DNA of 64,000 bases from Chloropicon primus (lineage: Eukaryota), in NCBI GenBank assembly GCA_023205875.1, contig CP060757.1, positions 1,240,001 to 1,304,000 of the forward strand, in the 5' to 3' direction. This document shows positions 1 to 8,735 of the stretch, piece after piece. The position numbers and the translations under genes are program-made. Numbering within the stretch: the stretch's first letter is position 1; every line of letters starts with the position of its first letter. The notes beneath the pieces are model-generated. The model was not told the DNA's origin. It ran no database searches and saw only the letters and a program-made list of their open reading frames with translations.

Positions 1-623
1 GTCCGAGGTCACGCGAATGCACCCGATCAGCTTCTCGCTCTCCACGTCGCCGCCGTCCTCGCCCAGAGCCTGCTTGTAGAGCGCCGTGACCATGAAGCTG
101 TTCTCCAGCGCCAGCTTCACCTTGTGGGGGTTCCTCTTGGGCCAACCCACCTGTGCGAGGGACGAGGGGGAGGAGAGGGGCCAATGCGATGGTCAGGAGA
201 GAGGAGAGGTGGTCGTCGCAGGAACCTTGGCGTTACCTTTTCTGTCAGAGCTTCCACCTCGTGCACGTTAATGAAACCGCCGATTCTGAACACTATGCGG
301 GAGTCTTCTGCCTCCACGATGACGGACTCCTCCACCTCGCTCAGCTGCGGAGCCACGAGGTCCTCCTCGGCGCCCGCCCCGACCGCCCCGAGCCTCTCTC
401 CCCTCCCTCCTCTACCTCTGCCGGTGCCAGTCGCGGCGACGACGAGTGGCGAGAGACTCCTGCTGTGACGCCTTGAGTTCGTGGCGCCCCTGCGCACCCG
501 CTCCGCGTCCCGCGCCAGGGGGCAGGGCGTGTGCAGGTGAGGACTGTGCCTCGGTGCCGCGCACACGCTCCCCGACCTCTTGCTCGTCGCCCCCGGCCTC
601 TTGCTCGTCGCCCCCGGTCTCAT
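1..623 (-). CDS. GNAT-family acetyltransferase (NSI/SNAT-like); intron 151-236; 3' end runs off window
   Basis: Splicing GT(236)...AG(151), with a CTGAC branch at 192-196, joins ...EALTEK to VGWPKRNPHKVKLALENSFMVTALY...KLIGCIRVTSD, matching plant plastid NSI/SNAT GNATs. Confidence 0.75.
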
Positions 624-698
624 CCTCTCTGTATTTCTAATATATGAGATAACGTTTAATAATGTATCCTTTATGATAATATGAACGAGTAGTCTTGA

Positions 699-2309
699 TC
701 ACTTGTGTTTCTTCTTCGAGCCGCCCACCTCGCTCTTGTCCGTGAAGTTGTGCCAACGAACCACGTGGCCGTCCCAGCCCACGGAGGCCAGCATGGGCCG
801 ATGGGGGTGCCAGTCGCAATCCCTGAGGACGGACTTGTGGTGCTCGAGGACGCCCGCAGTGCCGCCGGTCAGGGTGTCGAAAACGAACAAGCCCCCGCAC
901 TGGGAGCCGCTGATGACGTACCTCTGGCCCGTCGTCTCCGCGGGGGACCACCTGCACCGGATCAGGGTCTGCACGACCTTGTGGCCCGTGAAGGTCATCA
1001 CGGACCTGTCGCCGGGGTGCTTGACGGTCTCCACGTCGCCGGGGTAGTCCTGCCACCGGTAGTCCCACTCGAACTTGGAGACCCTCCCCTTGCTCCCCTT
1101 GGAATCGGGGCTTCCCATCAGCCTGAGGTCCCACACCTTGAGCTTCTGGTCCTTGGCGTTGGATACGAAGTACCTGCCGTCCTTCCTCGGGGAGATGTAG
1201 GTCACGCCCTCGGTGTGGCCCTGGAGCACCCCCTGAGGCCTGCTGAGCCCGGGGCCGCCCGGGGCCCCGCACCGCTTGTCCCAGCACTTGATCATGGCGT
1301 CGTCGCTGCCCGAGAGGAACACCTGGTCGTCCTGGCCCGCGAAGCACACCGTGTTCACGTCGTCGAGGTGCGACGTGGCTCCGAAAACCAGCTCCTGGGC
1401 CTCGACGTCGTACAGGTACGTCATGCAGTCGCTGCTTCCGGCGAGGAGGTGCTTGCCGTCGCTGCTGAACTCCAGCGCCCAGATGCCGAACGCGGCCTCC
1501 GTGTTGCTCCCCCCGAAATTCAGGGCGGCGTGGGCGTCCGGGCTCGCCCCCGAGTTCTCGGCCCCCGAGTCCTCGCCCCACTCGTACTTGACCGCGTGGA
1601 CCACCGGGGAGATGGTGGAGTACGCCAGGATCGGCTCCTGGGGGCTCAAGACCGTGTCCGTGACCGTCCAGTTGATGTCCCTGGGCACGACCTCCTTCCT
1701 CAGCTTCCAGGGCTGCTGGTGCGCCCGGTCCGCCACCTCGTACAGCCTTATCGCCTCGTTCTGGAACCCCGCCACGAAGACGCTCCCGTCGTCCGAGAAG
1801 TGCCCGCTGTACGCCCTCGAGATCCCCACGTCCATCAGCTCCGGCTCGCCCTGAGGCAGGACCTCCGACAGGATCCTCGCCCGCTTCAATCGAGACAGCT
1901 GACCCTTTGCCTCCCTCGCCCTGATCAGGCTGGCGACGTCCCGCGGAGACGCGCTCGGGGACTGCACCAGCCCCCTCAGGTGACTCAGGGACTCCGAAAG
2001 GGACACTTTCAGCTCGCCGTCGTCGTCGACGCCCAATTCCCCCCCCTCGCCTCCCCAATCCGCCCCGTCGGGCGATGACCCGTTGGGCGAAGAGCTCTTG
2101 GTCTTCGCCCTGGAGTCGCTCCCCGACGAGCCCTTGCCCCTGCCCCCGGAGCAGGACCGCTCCGACCACTCCTCAAGCATGTCCCTGTCCACCTCCACGA
2201 GGGCTTCCAGGAACACGTCGCACTCGACGCTGTCCTCGGACGCGCATTCGGACGCGTCCGAGAGGCCCGCGCCCACATCGACCTCGTCGGTTTCGGCGTC
2301 CTCCTCCAT
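699..2309 (-). CDS. DCAF11: WD40 protein, DCAF11/WDR23/LEC14B family
   Basis: WD40 repeats; motifs RAYSGHFSDDGS, HLDDVNTVCFA, FEWDYRW, GHKVVQTLIRCRWSP; first ATG at 2309. Confidence 0.88.
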   Translation of the reverse strand: MEEDAETDEVDVGAGLSDASECASEDSVECDVFLEALVEVDRDMLEEWSERSCSGGRGKGSSGSDSRAKTKSSSPNGSSPDGADWGGEGGELGVDDDGELKVSLSESLSHLRGLVQSPSASPRDVASLIRAREAKGQLSRLKRARILSEVLPQGEPELMDVGISRAYSGHFSDDGSVFVAGFQNEAIRLYEVADRAHQQPWKLRKEVVPRDINWTVTDTVLSPQEPILAYSTISPVVHAVKYEWGEDSGAENSGASPDAHAALNFGGSNTEAAFGIWALEFSSDGKHLLAGSSDCMTYLYDVEAQELVFGATSHLDDVNTVCFAGQDDQVFLSGSDDAMIKCWDKRCGAPGGPGLSRPQGVLQGHTEGVTYISPRKDGRYFVSNAKDQKLKVWDLRLMGSPDSKGSKGRVSKFEWDYRWQDYPGDVETVKHPGDRSVMTFTGHKVVQTLIRCRWSPAETTGQRYVISGSQCGGLFVFDTLTGGTAGVLEHHKSVLRDCDWHPHRPMLASVGWDGHVVRWHNFTDKSEVGGSKKKHK

Positions 2310-2488
2310 CCGAAGAACAATCGCCTTCCCCACAGTGCGTGGGTGCTCGACTCCAGTGAGCGCTCCTGGCCCTGTCTGCTTGGCATCAGAAAGTGCGGCA
2401 CGTGTCCGATCGGACGTAAAATCTCAGCCACGATTTCCGGGGAAAAGAGGGGGAAGGGAAAGACGTTTTTTCGTATCGTTCGTCTTCC

Positions 2489-3121
2489 ATGGGGGTGTAC
2501 TTTGGCAAGCTTCGCGTCGGGGTGGAGTTGCCGAGGTACGACGTGGTGTCCAAGTCCTCTTGCTACGAGGTTCGGAGGTACCACGCGTGCGTCGCGGCCG
2601 AGGTTCGGGTGGAGACGGGGAGCCAGTTCAAGGGGAGCGATGGGTTTCGCGCTTTGGCAAAGTACATCGGGGCGTTCGGGACTCCAGAAAACGAGAGGAG
2701 GGAGGCGATCAAGATGACCGCGCCGGTTCTGACGCAGGCGAGGGGGGAGAGGATCGCGATGACGGCTCCGGTGGTCTCCGGCGCGGCGGGGGGGGGCTCC
2801 GAGGGCTACTGGATGCAGTTCATCATGCCCTCGAAGTGGACCATGGAGACTCTCCCGGCCCCGAGCGACGAGCGGGTGAGGCTGAAGCCGATCGGGCCTA
2901 GGTACGTCGCGGCGCTCTACTTCAGCGGGAGGGCCAACGGCGACGAGGTGGTGAAGGGGATGGAGGCCAAGCTGCTCGAGGGTTTGAGGGCGGACGGCCT
3001 GACGGTGCGAGAGGGCGCCCAGCCGCAGCTGGCGAGGTACTACGACCCGTTCACCCCAGGGTTCCTGAGGACCAACGAGGTCTGGGTCGTGATCAACCCG
3101 CCCGACGGGAAGGGGGGCTGA
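2489..3121 (+). CDS. SOUL heme-binding protein
   Basis: YEVRRY, GFRALAKYIG, IKMTAPV/IAMTAPV, MQFIMPS, RTNEVW motifs. Confidence 0.9.
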   Translation: MGVYFGKLRVGVELPRYDVVSKSSCYEVRRYHACVAAEVRVETGSQFKGSDGFRALAKYIGAFGTPENERREAIKMTAPVLTQARGERIAMTAPVVSGAAGGGSEGYWMQFIMPSKWTMETLPAPSDERVRLKPIGPRYVAALYFSGRANGDEVVKGMEAKLLEGLRADGLTVREGAQPQLARYYDPFTPGFLRTNEVWVVINPPDGKGG

Positions 3122-3240
3122 GGCTCGCGTCGTCGTCCTCGTCTACACATAGACATGTCCTATACCATACAATTAAACCAAAACACCAAGCAGAGAATTC
3201 ATGTATCCCACAAACACTCGCACTCGCACTCCCTTCTGCC

Positions 3241-4077
3241 TCAGACGTTCGCCCACGTCCGAACGATCCTGTCGTAGACGGAGACCGGGTACATCCTCGC
3301 GAGGTACGTGGTCCGGATGGTCCCCGGAAGGATGACGAGGGCCTGCCTCCTCGCGACGGCCCCCATGATCCTGCGCACGACGTACTCCTCGTCCATCAGG
3401 GGGAAGAGGGCCGAGCACTTGACCTCGGCCTCCTTGCCCATGCCGTTGTCGACGTACGAGGGGCACACTATCGTGGTGCCCACGGCCGAGTTGATCTTGC
3501 TGAGCTCGAACCTCAGGGACTCGGTCAGGCCAAAGGCCCCGAACTTGCTCGCGCAGTAGTCCGAGAGCCCGGCCACCCCCATGATCCCCGCCACCGAAGA
3601 CACCGTCACGACGTGGCCCGAGTCGCGCTTGATCATCGAGGGAAGGAAGGCTCTGACCGTCCAGAAGTGGGCGAGGAGGTTCACGTCCACGCAGCGGTTG
3701 ATCTCCTCGTCCGAGAGGTCCGTGATCCACTTGCCTCCCGAGGTGACGCCCGCGTTATTCACCAGAATGTCCACCGCGCCCTCGAAGGCCGCCAGCACCT
3801 CGGCGGCGCGCTCCTGGATCTCCTCCCGGCTGCTCACGTCGCACCTCATCATCCGGAGGCTCCAGCCCTTCTCGGAAGCCTCCCTATGGACGTCCTCCAT
3901 CGCGTCCTCGTTCCTCCCCCACCCCACGACCTCCGCCCCGCTCGCCGCGAGCCTCTTCGCCAGACGGAGCCCGATCCCCGAGGTCGCCCCCGTGATGACC
4001 ACGCGCTTCCCCGAGAACCGCTCGTCCAGCGCCGGGCCGATGGCGTTCGACTGGCAGCAGCTGTACCCGACCCCCAT
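3241..4077 (-). CDS. Short-chain dehydrogenase/reductase (retinol dehydrogenase-like)
   Basis: TGATSGIG cofactor motif, NNAG, catalytic YCASK. Confidence 0.9.
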   Translation of the reverse strand: MGVGYSCCQSNAIGPALDERFSGKRVVITGATSGIGLRLAKRLAASGAEVVGWGRNEDAMEDVHREASEKGWSLRMMRCDVSSREEIQERAAEVLAAFEGAVDILVNNAGVTSGGKWITDLSDEEINRCVDVNLLAHFWTVRAFLPSMIKRDSGHVVTVSSVAGIMGVAGLSDYCASKFGAFGLTESLRFELSKINSAVGTTIVCPSYVDNGMGKEAEVKCSALFPLMDEEYVVRRIMGAVARRQALVILPGTIRTTYLARMYPVSVYDRIVRTWANV

Positions 4078-4676
4078 GGCGACGACGGTGGATGTCCTCG
4101 AAAGGCGAAGCCGATGGCGCGTTCTCTTTGCCTCTCTCTCTCTTCTCTTTGCCTCTCTCTGGTCCACGACCGTTATCTTCGTCGACAAAATCTAAGCAGA
4201 TCTTGATGAAAGGGCGGGCGGGAGGAGAGGGGGGAGTGCTTTTGTTTTTTGACAGAGTGATGCACATGCATTGTTTTACATATCGATAGGATGGTACACA
4301 TTTTTACATATACACGCAAGAGAGAAAGAGAGACACTTGTGCGTTCTTGCTCCTCTCTTCGTTTGGTTGTGCGCCCGAGCCCAGAGCAACCCGCGACGAC
4401 ACCGGGAGGGCCCGCGAAGAGGAAAAGAACTAAGAAAGAACCAAGCAAGCAAGAACATCAGAGATCGCCCTCCCAAGAACAAAAAAGAGAGGGGACGGGG
4501 CAGTGTAGATCCCCCCCCTTCACTTTGGGGTGGGTGGGTTGTTCTCAGACTCGAAAGATGGTGTTTTGGAAGAAAATTTTCATGGAAGAATTCTCAAAAC
4601 CTTTTGTCATCACCGAACACCGCGCGTTTCTTCTTCTTTCCATTCCCACCACTACTCACCTCGCATTCCCTCCGTT

Positions 4677-6101
4677 TCACTCGCAAGCGCCTTCGGCCTT
4701 CCCTCGCACCTTCTCCCAGCACGCTTCGAGCTTGCCAAGAAAATGGTCGACGTCCCTCTCCGTCATCCCGATGGCGGCGGCCGCGTTCAGGTAGCTGTGC
4801 GGGTAGGCCGAAGAGTGCGCGCCGTAGTTTACAAATTCGTGCCCGCAGACGGCCTGGCTCTTCCCCGGGGAGTAGACCCTCGCGCCCGAGATGCATCTCT
4901 GGAACAGCATGGAACCCAAGAACCTCGTCCTCTCGTCGGAGCCCCCGCAAGCGCTCTCGCGGAACCCGTCGAGGGTCATTGCGAAAGAGATGGGGTTCCC
5001 TGGGGTCTCCAAGACGCGCTCCCCCTTCGCTGACGCGAAGCTCCTGAGCCTCTGCCCGAGGTAAAGGTACAAGCTTTCCCTCTCCTTCAGGAGATCGGCC
5101 CAGCCCTTGGCCCCGAGGGAGAGCAGGGTGATGGTGACGTCCAGGAGGGGGGACATGGAGGCCCTGCCCGGGTAGGACTTGTCCACCATCTGGGGCACGT
5201 CCGAGAACCCCTTCTTCCCCACTATCACGGCCCCGCCCACGGGCACCATGAAGTTCTTGTCCGTGGACTGCACCACCGCGTCGACCCTTCCCTTCCTCCA
5301 GGAGGACGTGATCTCCTTGCATATCTCCGAGGACTGCACGCCGTAGGCGTTGTTGATGATGTGGGCCACGCCCTGGCGCTTGCACAGCTTCGCGACGTCC
5401 ACGATCTTGTCCGAGGCGCGGGGAGCGAAGCAGCTCGTGGTGGTGAGCACGCACAAGATCTCTCCCCCCTTGGACTCCACCTCGGCCTCCAGCTTGCCCA
5501 CGTCCGTGACCAGCTGGTCGCCCTCGAGCACGTTCTCCACCACCAGCGCTTGCAAATTGGCTGCGTAGATGCACTTGAGGCACGTCTTCTGATCGATCCG
5601 GGGCCACAGCACGTACTTTCCGCTTGGGTTGTGCCGCTTCAGGGCCTGGAGCACCAACGAGAGCGCCATCCCGGTCGCCACCGGCACGGTCGTCACGTAG
5701 CCCACCTCCCCCAACCCCGCGACCTCAAAGGCGTCCTTGACGAGAAAGTTGCAGACCTTGCACAGGAGGGAAGACCCCGCCGCCTTGGGCTGCACGGCGG
5801 ATATGTCCCCCGACCGACCAATGCCGTGGGCGAGGCCGTAGTGCCTGTCGTACACGAGGCGACTGTGGATCCTCCCCTCTCTCTCCCCCACGCCAGCGTT
5901 CTGCAGAAAGTTGTTGCTGTCCATGAGCGCCAGCTCTTTCAAGAAAAGGCGCACCGAGTCCTCGTCCCAGGCCTCGTCCGGCAGCCTCCTATTCGAAAGG
6001 AGCTTCTTGAAAAGCTTCCGCCTCGACGCCAACGCTTGCGCCCCCTGGTTCAGGTACGTCCCGGGCACCATCCCCTCGCAAGGAGACAACCAATCCTCCA
6101 T
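4677..6101 (-). CDS. SEPSECS: O-phosphoseryl-tRNA(Sec) selenium transferase
   Basis: MDSNNF, GEREGR, HGIGRSGDI..QPKAAGSS, WPRIDQKTC, NNAYGVQ, QSTDKNFMVPVGG, YPGRAS. Confidence 0.95.
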   Translation of the reverse strand: MEDWLSPCEGMVPGTYLNQGAQALASRRKLFKKLLSNRRLPDEAWDEDSVRLFLKELALMDSNNFLQNAGVGEREGRIHSRLVYDRHYGLAHGIGRSGDISAVQPKAAGSSLLCKVCNFLVKDAFEVAGLGEVGYVTTVPVATGMALSLVLQALKRHNPSGKYVLWPRIDQKTCLKCIYAANLQALVVENVLEGDQLVTDVGKLEAEVESKGGEILCVLTTTSCFAPRASDKIVDVAKLCKRQGVAHIINNAYGVQSSEICKEITSSWRKGRVDAVVQSTDKNFMVPVGGAVIVGKKGFSDVPQMVDKSYPGRASMSPLLDVTITLLSLGAKGWADLLKERESLYLYLGQRLRSFASAKGERVLETPGNPISFAMTLDGFRESACGGSDERTRFLGSMLFQRCISGARVYSPGKSQAVCGHEFVNYGAHSSAYPHSYLNAAAAIGMTERDVDHFLGKLEACWEKVRGKAEGACE

Positions 6102-6367
6102 CCCTCCCTCCCCCCTCTCGTCCTACGCCATCCTCCCTCCAACTCAACAACAACAACAACAACGTCCTCGCCCTCGGCCGACGACGACGACGGCGCTCGC
6201 GGCGGCCTCTCTGTTGGAGGTTTTCCCCTGTTGGTGGGATTCCAGTGTATACCAGTTTGGTCACACCCAAAGGACAACCCACAAAACGTTTTCTCGTTCT
6301 CACTTGCTGGACAAGGCACTGGTAAAAAATCTAGCCTCGCGAGAGGAAGGGAGGAGGACGCCGGGTG

Positions 6368-6376
6368 AAACCCTAA
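6368..6376 (+). promoter_or_regulatory. Telo-box-like motif AAACCCTAA just upstream of the Fanzor ATG
   Basis: Exact AAACCCTAA ending 5 nt before ATG 6382. Confidence 0.35.
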
Positions 6377-6381
6377 CAGTC

Positions 6382-8553
6382 ATGGCGCGATCAGGGAAGC
6401 GCCGTAAGAAAAAGGAGAAGCAGGGGAGTGGCTCGACGAGTTCCACAAGGAGGTCGCACTCTGGCGAGAGTCATGCTCAGGGCGCTTCGAAGTCGGGGCA
6501 GGAGTCTCCGACGACGGAGCGGCCGTTACTTCGGTTCTGGAATCAGGGTTTAGCCTGGCTCTACGCGTTGTGCCTGCTTCCTATTGCGGACGACCCCGCC
6601 TCTGCGGGTGAGGGTTCGAGCACGCCTCGCAAGAAGCGGGGGGGGAAGCGGAAGGAGACGCCGCTGGACGACCCCGCCTCTGCTTTCGAGGAGGGTTCGA
6701 GCACGCCTCGCAAGAAGCGGGGGGGGAAGCGGAAGGGGCGTCCGCCGGAGGCGGACGCCTCTGCGGGTGAGAGTTCGAGCTCGTCAGGCAAGCCTCGCAA
6801 GAAGCCTCGCAAGAAGGGCAAGAAGAAGAACAAGAAGAAGGGTAAGAAGAAGAAGAACAAGAGGGGGAAGAAAGCAGGGAAGCAGCCGGGTGGCTTGGCG
6901 GACGACAGCGTGAAGAAGACCTGGTTCTCATCGATCAAGAGAGAACTTGAAGAGGTAAAGTGTCCGAAGACGGGATGGAGGTCGTGCTTGAACCTTCCAG
7001 AAGATTCTGTGGTATCCGTCGAGACATTGCAGTCGCCCGCCAAAAGGAAGAGGGGGCAGAAACTGAAGACCTCCAAGCTATTGTCGGAGCGAACGGTGAT
7101 ACGGACGAGGAAGCTGAGGATGCGCTTGAACCCTGAGCAGGCGAAGTGCCTTTGCAACTGGATGGGAGCTGCGCGTTTCACATACAACAAGTGTTTGGAG
7201 GCGGTCAAGAAGGAGGGTTTTCCGCTGGTTTGGACCGTCCTGCTGGACAGATTTGTGACGGCCAAACCGCGACGCCCTGAGGTCTTTGAGGGCCTGGAGA
7301 AAGAGCTGAAAGAAATCCAATGCTCTCCACGGCCATGGACAAAACAGGAGGCAGAGCTTTTCGCGGCCAGAGAGAAGAGACTCGAGAGCCAAATTGGAGG
7401 CAGAGCTTTTCGCATCCAAGTCGCCAAGGACCGGGACTACGTTAGCGGGGCCTTTGTAAATCAGGAGCATCCTTGGCTGAAGGATACCCCCTGTGCCATC
7501 AGACAAGCTGCCGTGCGAAGTCTCATCAAGGCATGGGATTCGAACACCGCGAAGCAGGAAGCGATGAAGGAGCGCGGCGAGGAGAAGGGGCACCGCTTCG
7601 TTCTCAAGTATCGTCAACGTCAGCAACCGAGCTCTTGGACCATTGAAATTGATGCAAGAGAGTTAAAGAACGTGGAGACGATCGAAAGGCCAAACACGAG
7701 GCACAAGGATGACACCAAGCACAACAAACGACGCAAGTGGACCAAGCTGGAGGTGTTCAAGAAGAAGATGGCCGGCGGGCCCCTGTACTTGACGGAGGAG
7801 ATCCCCGGGGGCAAGATCGAGGGTGCCGTGAAGATCACAAGAAATCGCCTTGGGCAGTTCCACATGCACATTCCCATCGCGACGCCATGGGATCGCCTGC
7901 CACCCCTGAAGCCTGAGAACAAGCGGAAGGTTGTCGCCCTGGATCCGGGAGTCAGGACCTTTCAGACGTCGTACTCGCCGCAAGAAGGCGTCGGGGAGTA
8001 TGCCAAGGGCGAGCGAGGCTTCGCGAGGCTGTTCAACCTCTGCTGGAGGATTGATGAGATCATTTCCGAGCGCAAAGACCCAAAGGTGAAGCTCCCTTAC
8101 CTCGACCGCCGCGACTTGAAGAGACAGCAATACGCCTGCATGGAGAAACTTCGAGGTCTGACGAACGAGCTTCACAAAAAGGTAGCCAACGATCTATGCA
8201 GGAGGTTCGACACAATCCTCCTCCCGGAGTTCAAGTCCCAAGACATGGTGAAGAAGAACAACAACGGGAGACGCCGAGTGATCAGGAAGAAGACGGCTCG
8301 CACGCTCTTGACGTTGAGGCACTATGCGTTCAGAACGTTCTTGGCTTCCAAGGTGCTCTTGCACGGCAGTGAGCTGGCGATCGTGACGGAGGAGTACACC
8401 TCCAAGACCTGTGGCAGGTGCGGACACATCAAGAAGAACCTGGGTGGAGCAGAGGTGTACAAGTGCCAGAAGTGTGGCTTCAAGTGCGGTCGGGATGTGA
8501 ACGGGGCACGCAACGTCCTCCTGAAGCACTTGCGTCAACCAAAAAGTGTGTAA
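6382..8553 (+). CDS. Fanzor2-type (TnpB/IS607-related) RNA-guided endonuclease, ~723 aa from ATG 6382
   Basis: OrfB-type N-terminal helix (RKLRMRLNPEQ..WMGAARFTYN), RuvC-I ALDPG (D codon 7942), ILLPEF, EEYTSKTC (E codon 8389), Zn ribbon CGRC/CQKC, RuvC-III RDVNGARN (D codon 8494); Lys/Arg-rich N-terminus. Confidence 0.92.
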   Translation: MARSGKRRKKKEKQGSGSTSSTRRSHSGESHAQGASKSGQESPTTERPLLRFWNQGLAWLYALCLLPIADDPASAGEGSSTPRKKRGGKRKETPLDDPASAFEEGSSTPRKKRGGKRKGRPPEADASAGESSSSSGKPRKKPRKKGKKKNKKKGKKKKNKRGKKAGKQPGGLADDSVKKTWFSSIKRELEEVKCPKTGWRSCLNLPEDSVVSVETLQSPAKRKRGQKLKTSKLLSERTVIRTRKLRMRLNPEQAKCLCNWMGAARFTYNKCLEAVKKEGFPLVWTVLLDRFVTAKPRRPEVFEGLEKELKEIQCSPRPWTKQEAELFAAREKRLESQIGGRAFRIQVAKDRDYVSGAFVNQEHPWLKDTPCAIRQAAVRSLIKAWDSNTAKQEAMKERGEEKGHRFVLKYRQRQQPSSWTIEIDARELKNVETIERPNTRHKDDTKHNKRRKWTKLEVFKKKMAGGPLYLTEEIPGGKIEGAVKITRNRLGQFHMHIPIATPWDRLPPLKPENKRKVVALDPGVRTFQTSYSPQEGVGEYAKGERGFARLFNLCWRIDEIISERKDPKVKLPYLDRRDLKRQQYACMEKLRGLTNELHKKVANDLCRRFDTILLPEFKSQDMVKKNNNGRRRVIRKKTARTLLTLRHYAFRTFLASKVLLHGSELAIVTEEYTSKTCGRCGHIKKNLGGAEVYKCQKCGFKCGRDVNGARNVLLKHLRQPKSV
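6588..6810 (+). repeat. In-frame tandem duplication (period 78 bp; two copies plus a partial third) encoding NLS-like repeats
   Basis: GGACGACCCCGCCTCTGC...GAGGGTTCGAGCACGCCTCGCAAGAAGCGGGGGGGGAAGCGGAAGG at 6588-6655 and 6666-6736; partial copy from 6751. Confidence 0.9.
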
Positions 8554-8735
8554 CTCCTCAGGGTTGCACATACGTTTGTTAGTACGGGCTGCCGTGCGTG
8601 GGCGGAAGTATTCGTTCATGTACGGTGGAATGGTCGTGGTAGGGCCGAATTACCCTGCCGAGAAACTTACAAACTCGGTGAAACGACCTTTGCAGAAAAC
8701 TAACAGGTAAGTAGTGGCCGGCCTTCCTCCGTGTT
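8546..8735 (+). ncRNA. Candidate Fanzor omegaRNA (scaffold ~8546-8712, guide from ~8713)
   Basis: Hairpins 8546-8571 and 8591-8626; stem 8632-8637/8683-8688 enclosing two hairpins; closing stem 8577-8583/8699-8705; pseudoknot 8665-8670/8707-8712; many G-U pairs, which favour the + strand. Confidence 0.75.

Noticed and set aside
4200..4676. tRNA-Sec or SECIS element near SEPSECS
   Set aside because: No cloverleaf or SECIS core recognised, and no in-frame UGA selenoprotein found in the window
5911..6381. 880-aa version of the Fanzor ORF overlapping SEPSECS
   Set aside because: Starts at a non-ATG codon antisense to SEPSECS and crosses promoter-like low-complexity DNA; ATG 6382 is more plausible
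6546..6554. Telomere-like AGGGTTTAG inside the Fanzor ORF
   Set aside because: About one repeat unit, within coding sequence; not an interstitial telomere array
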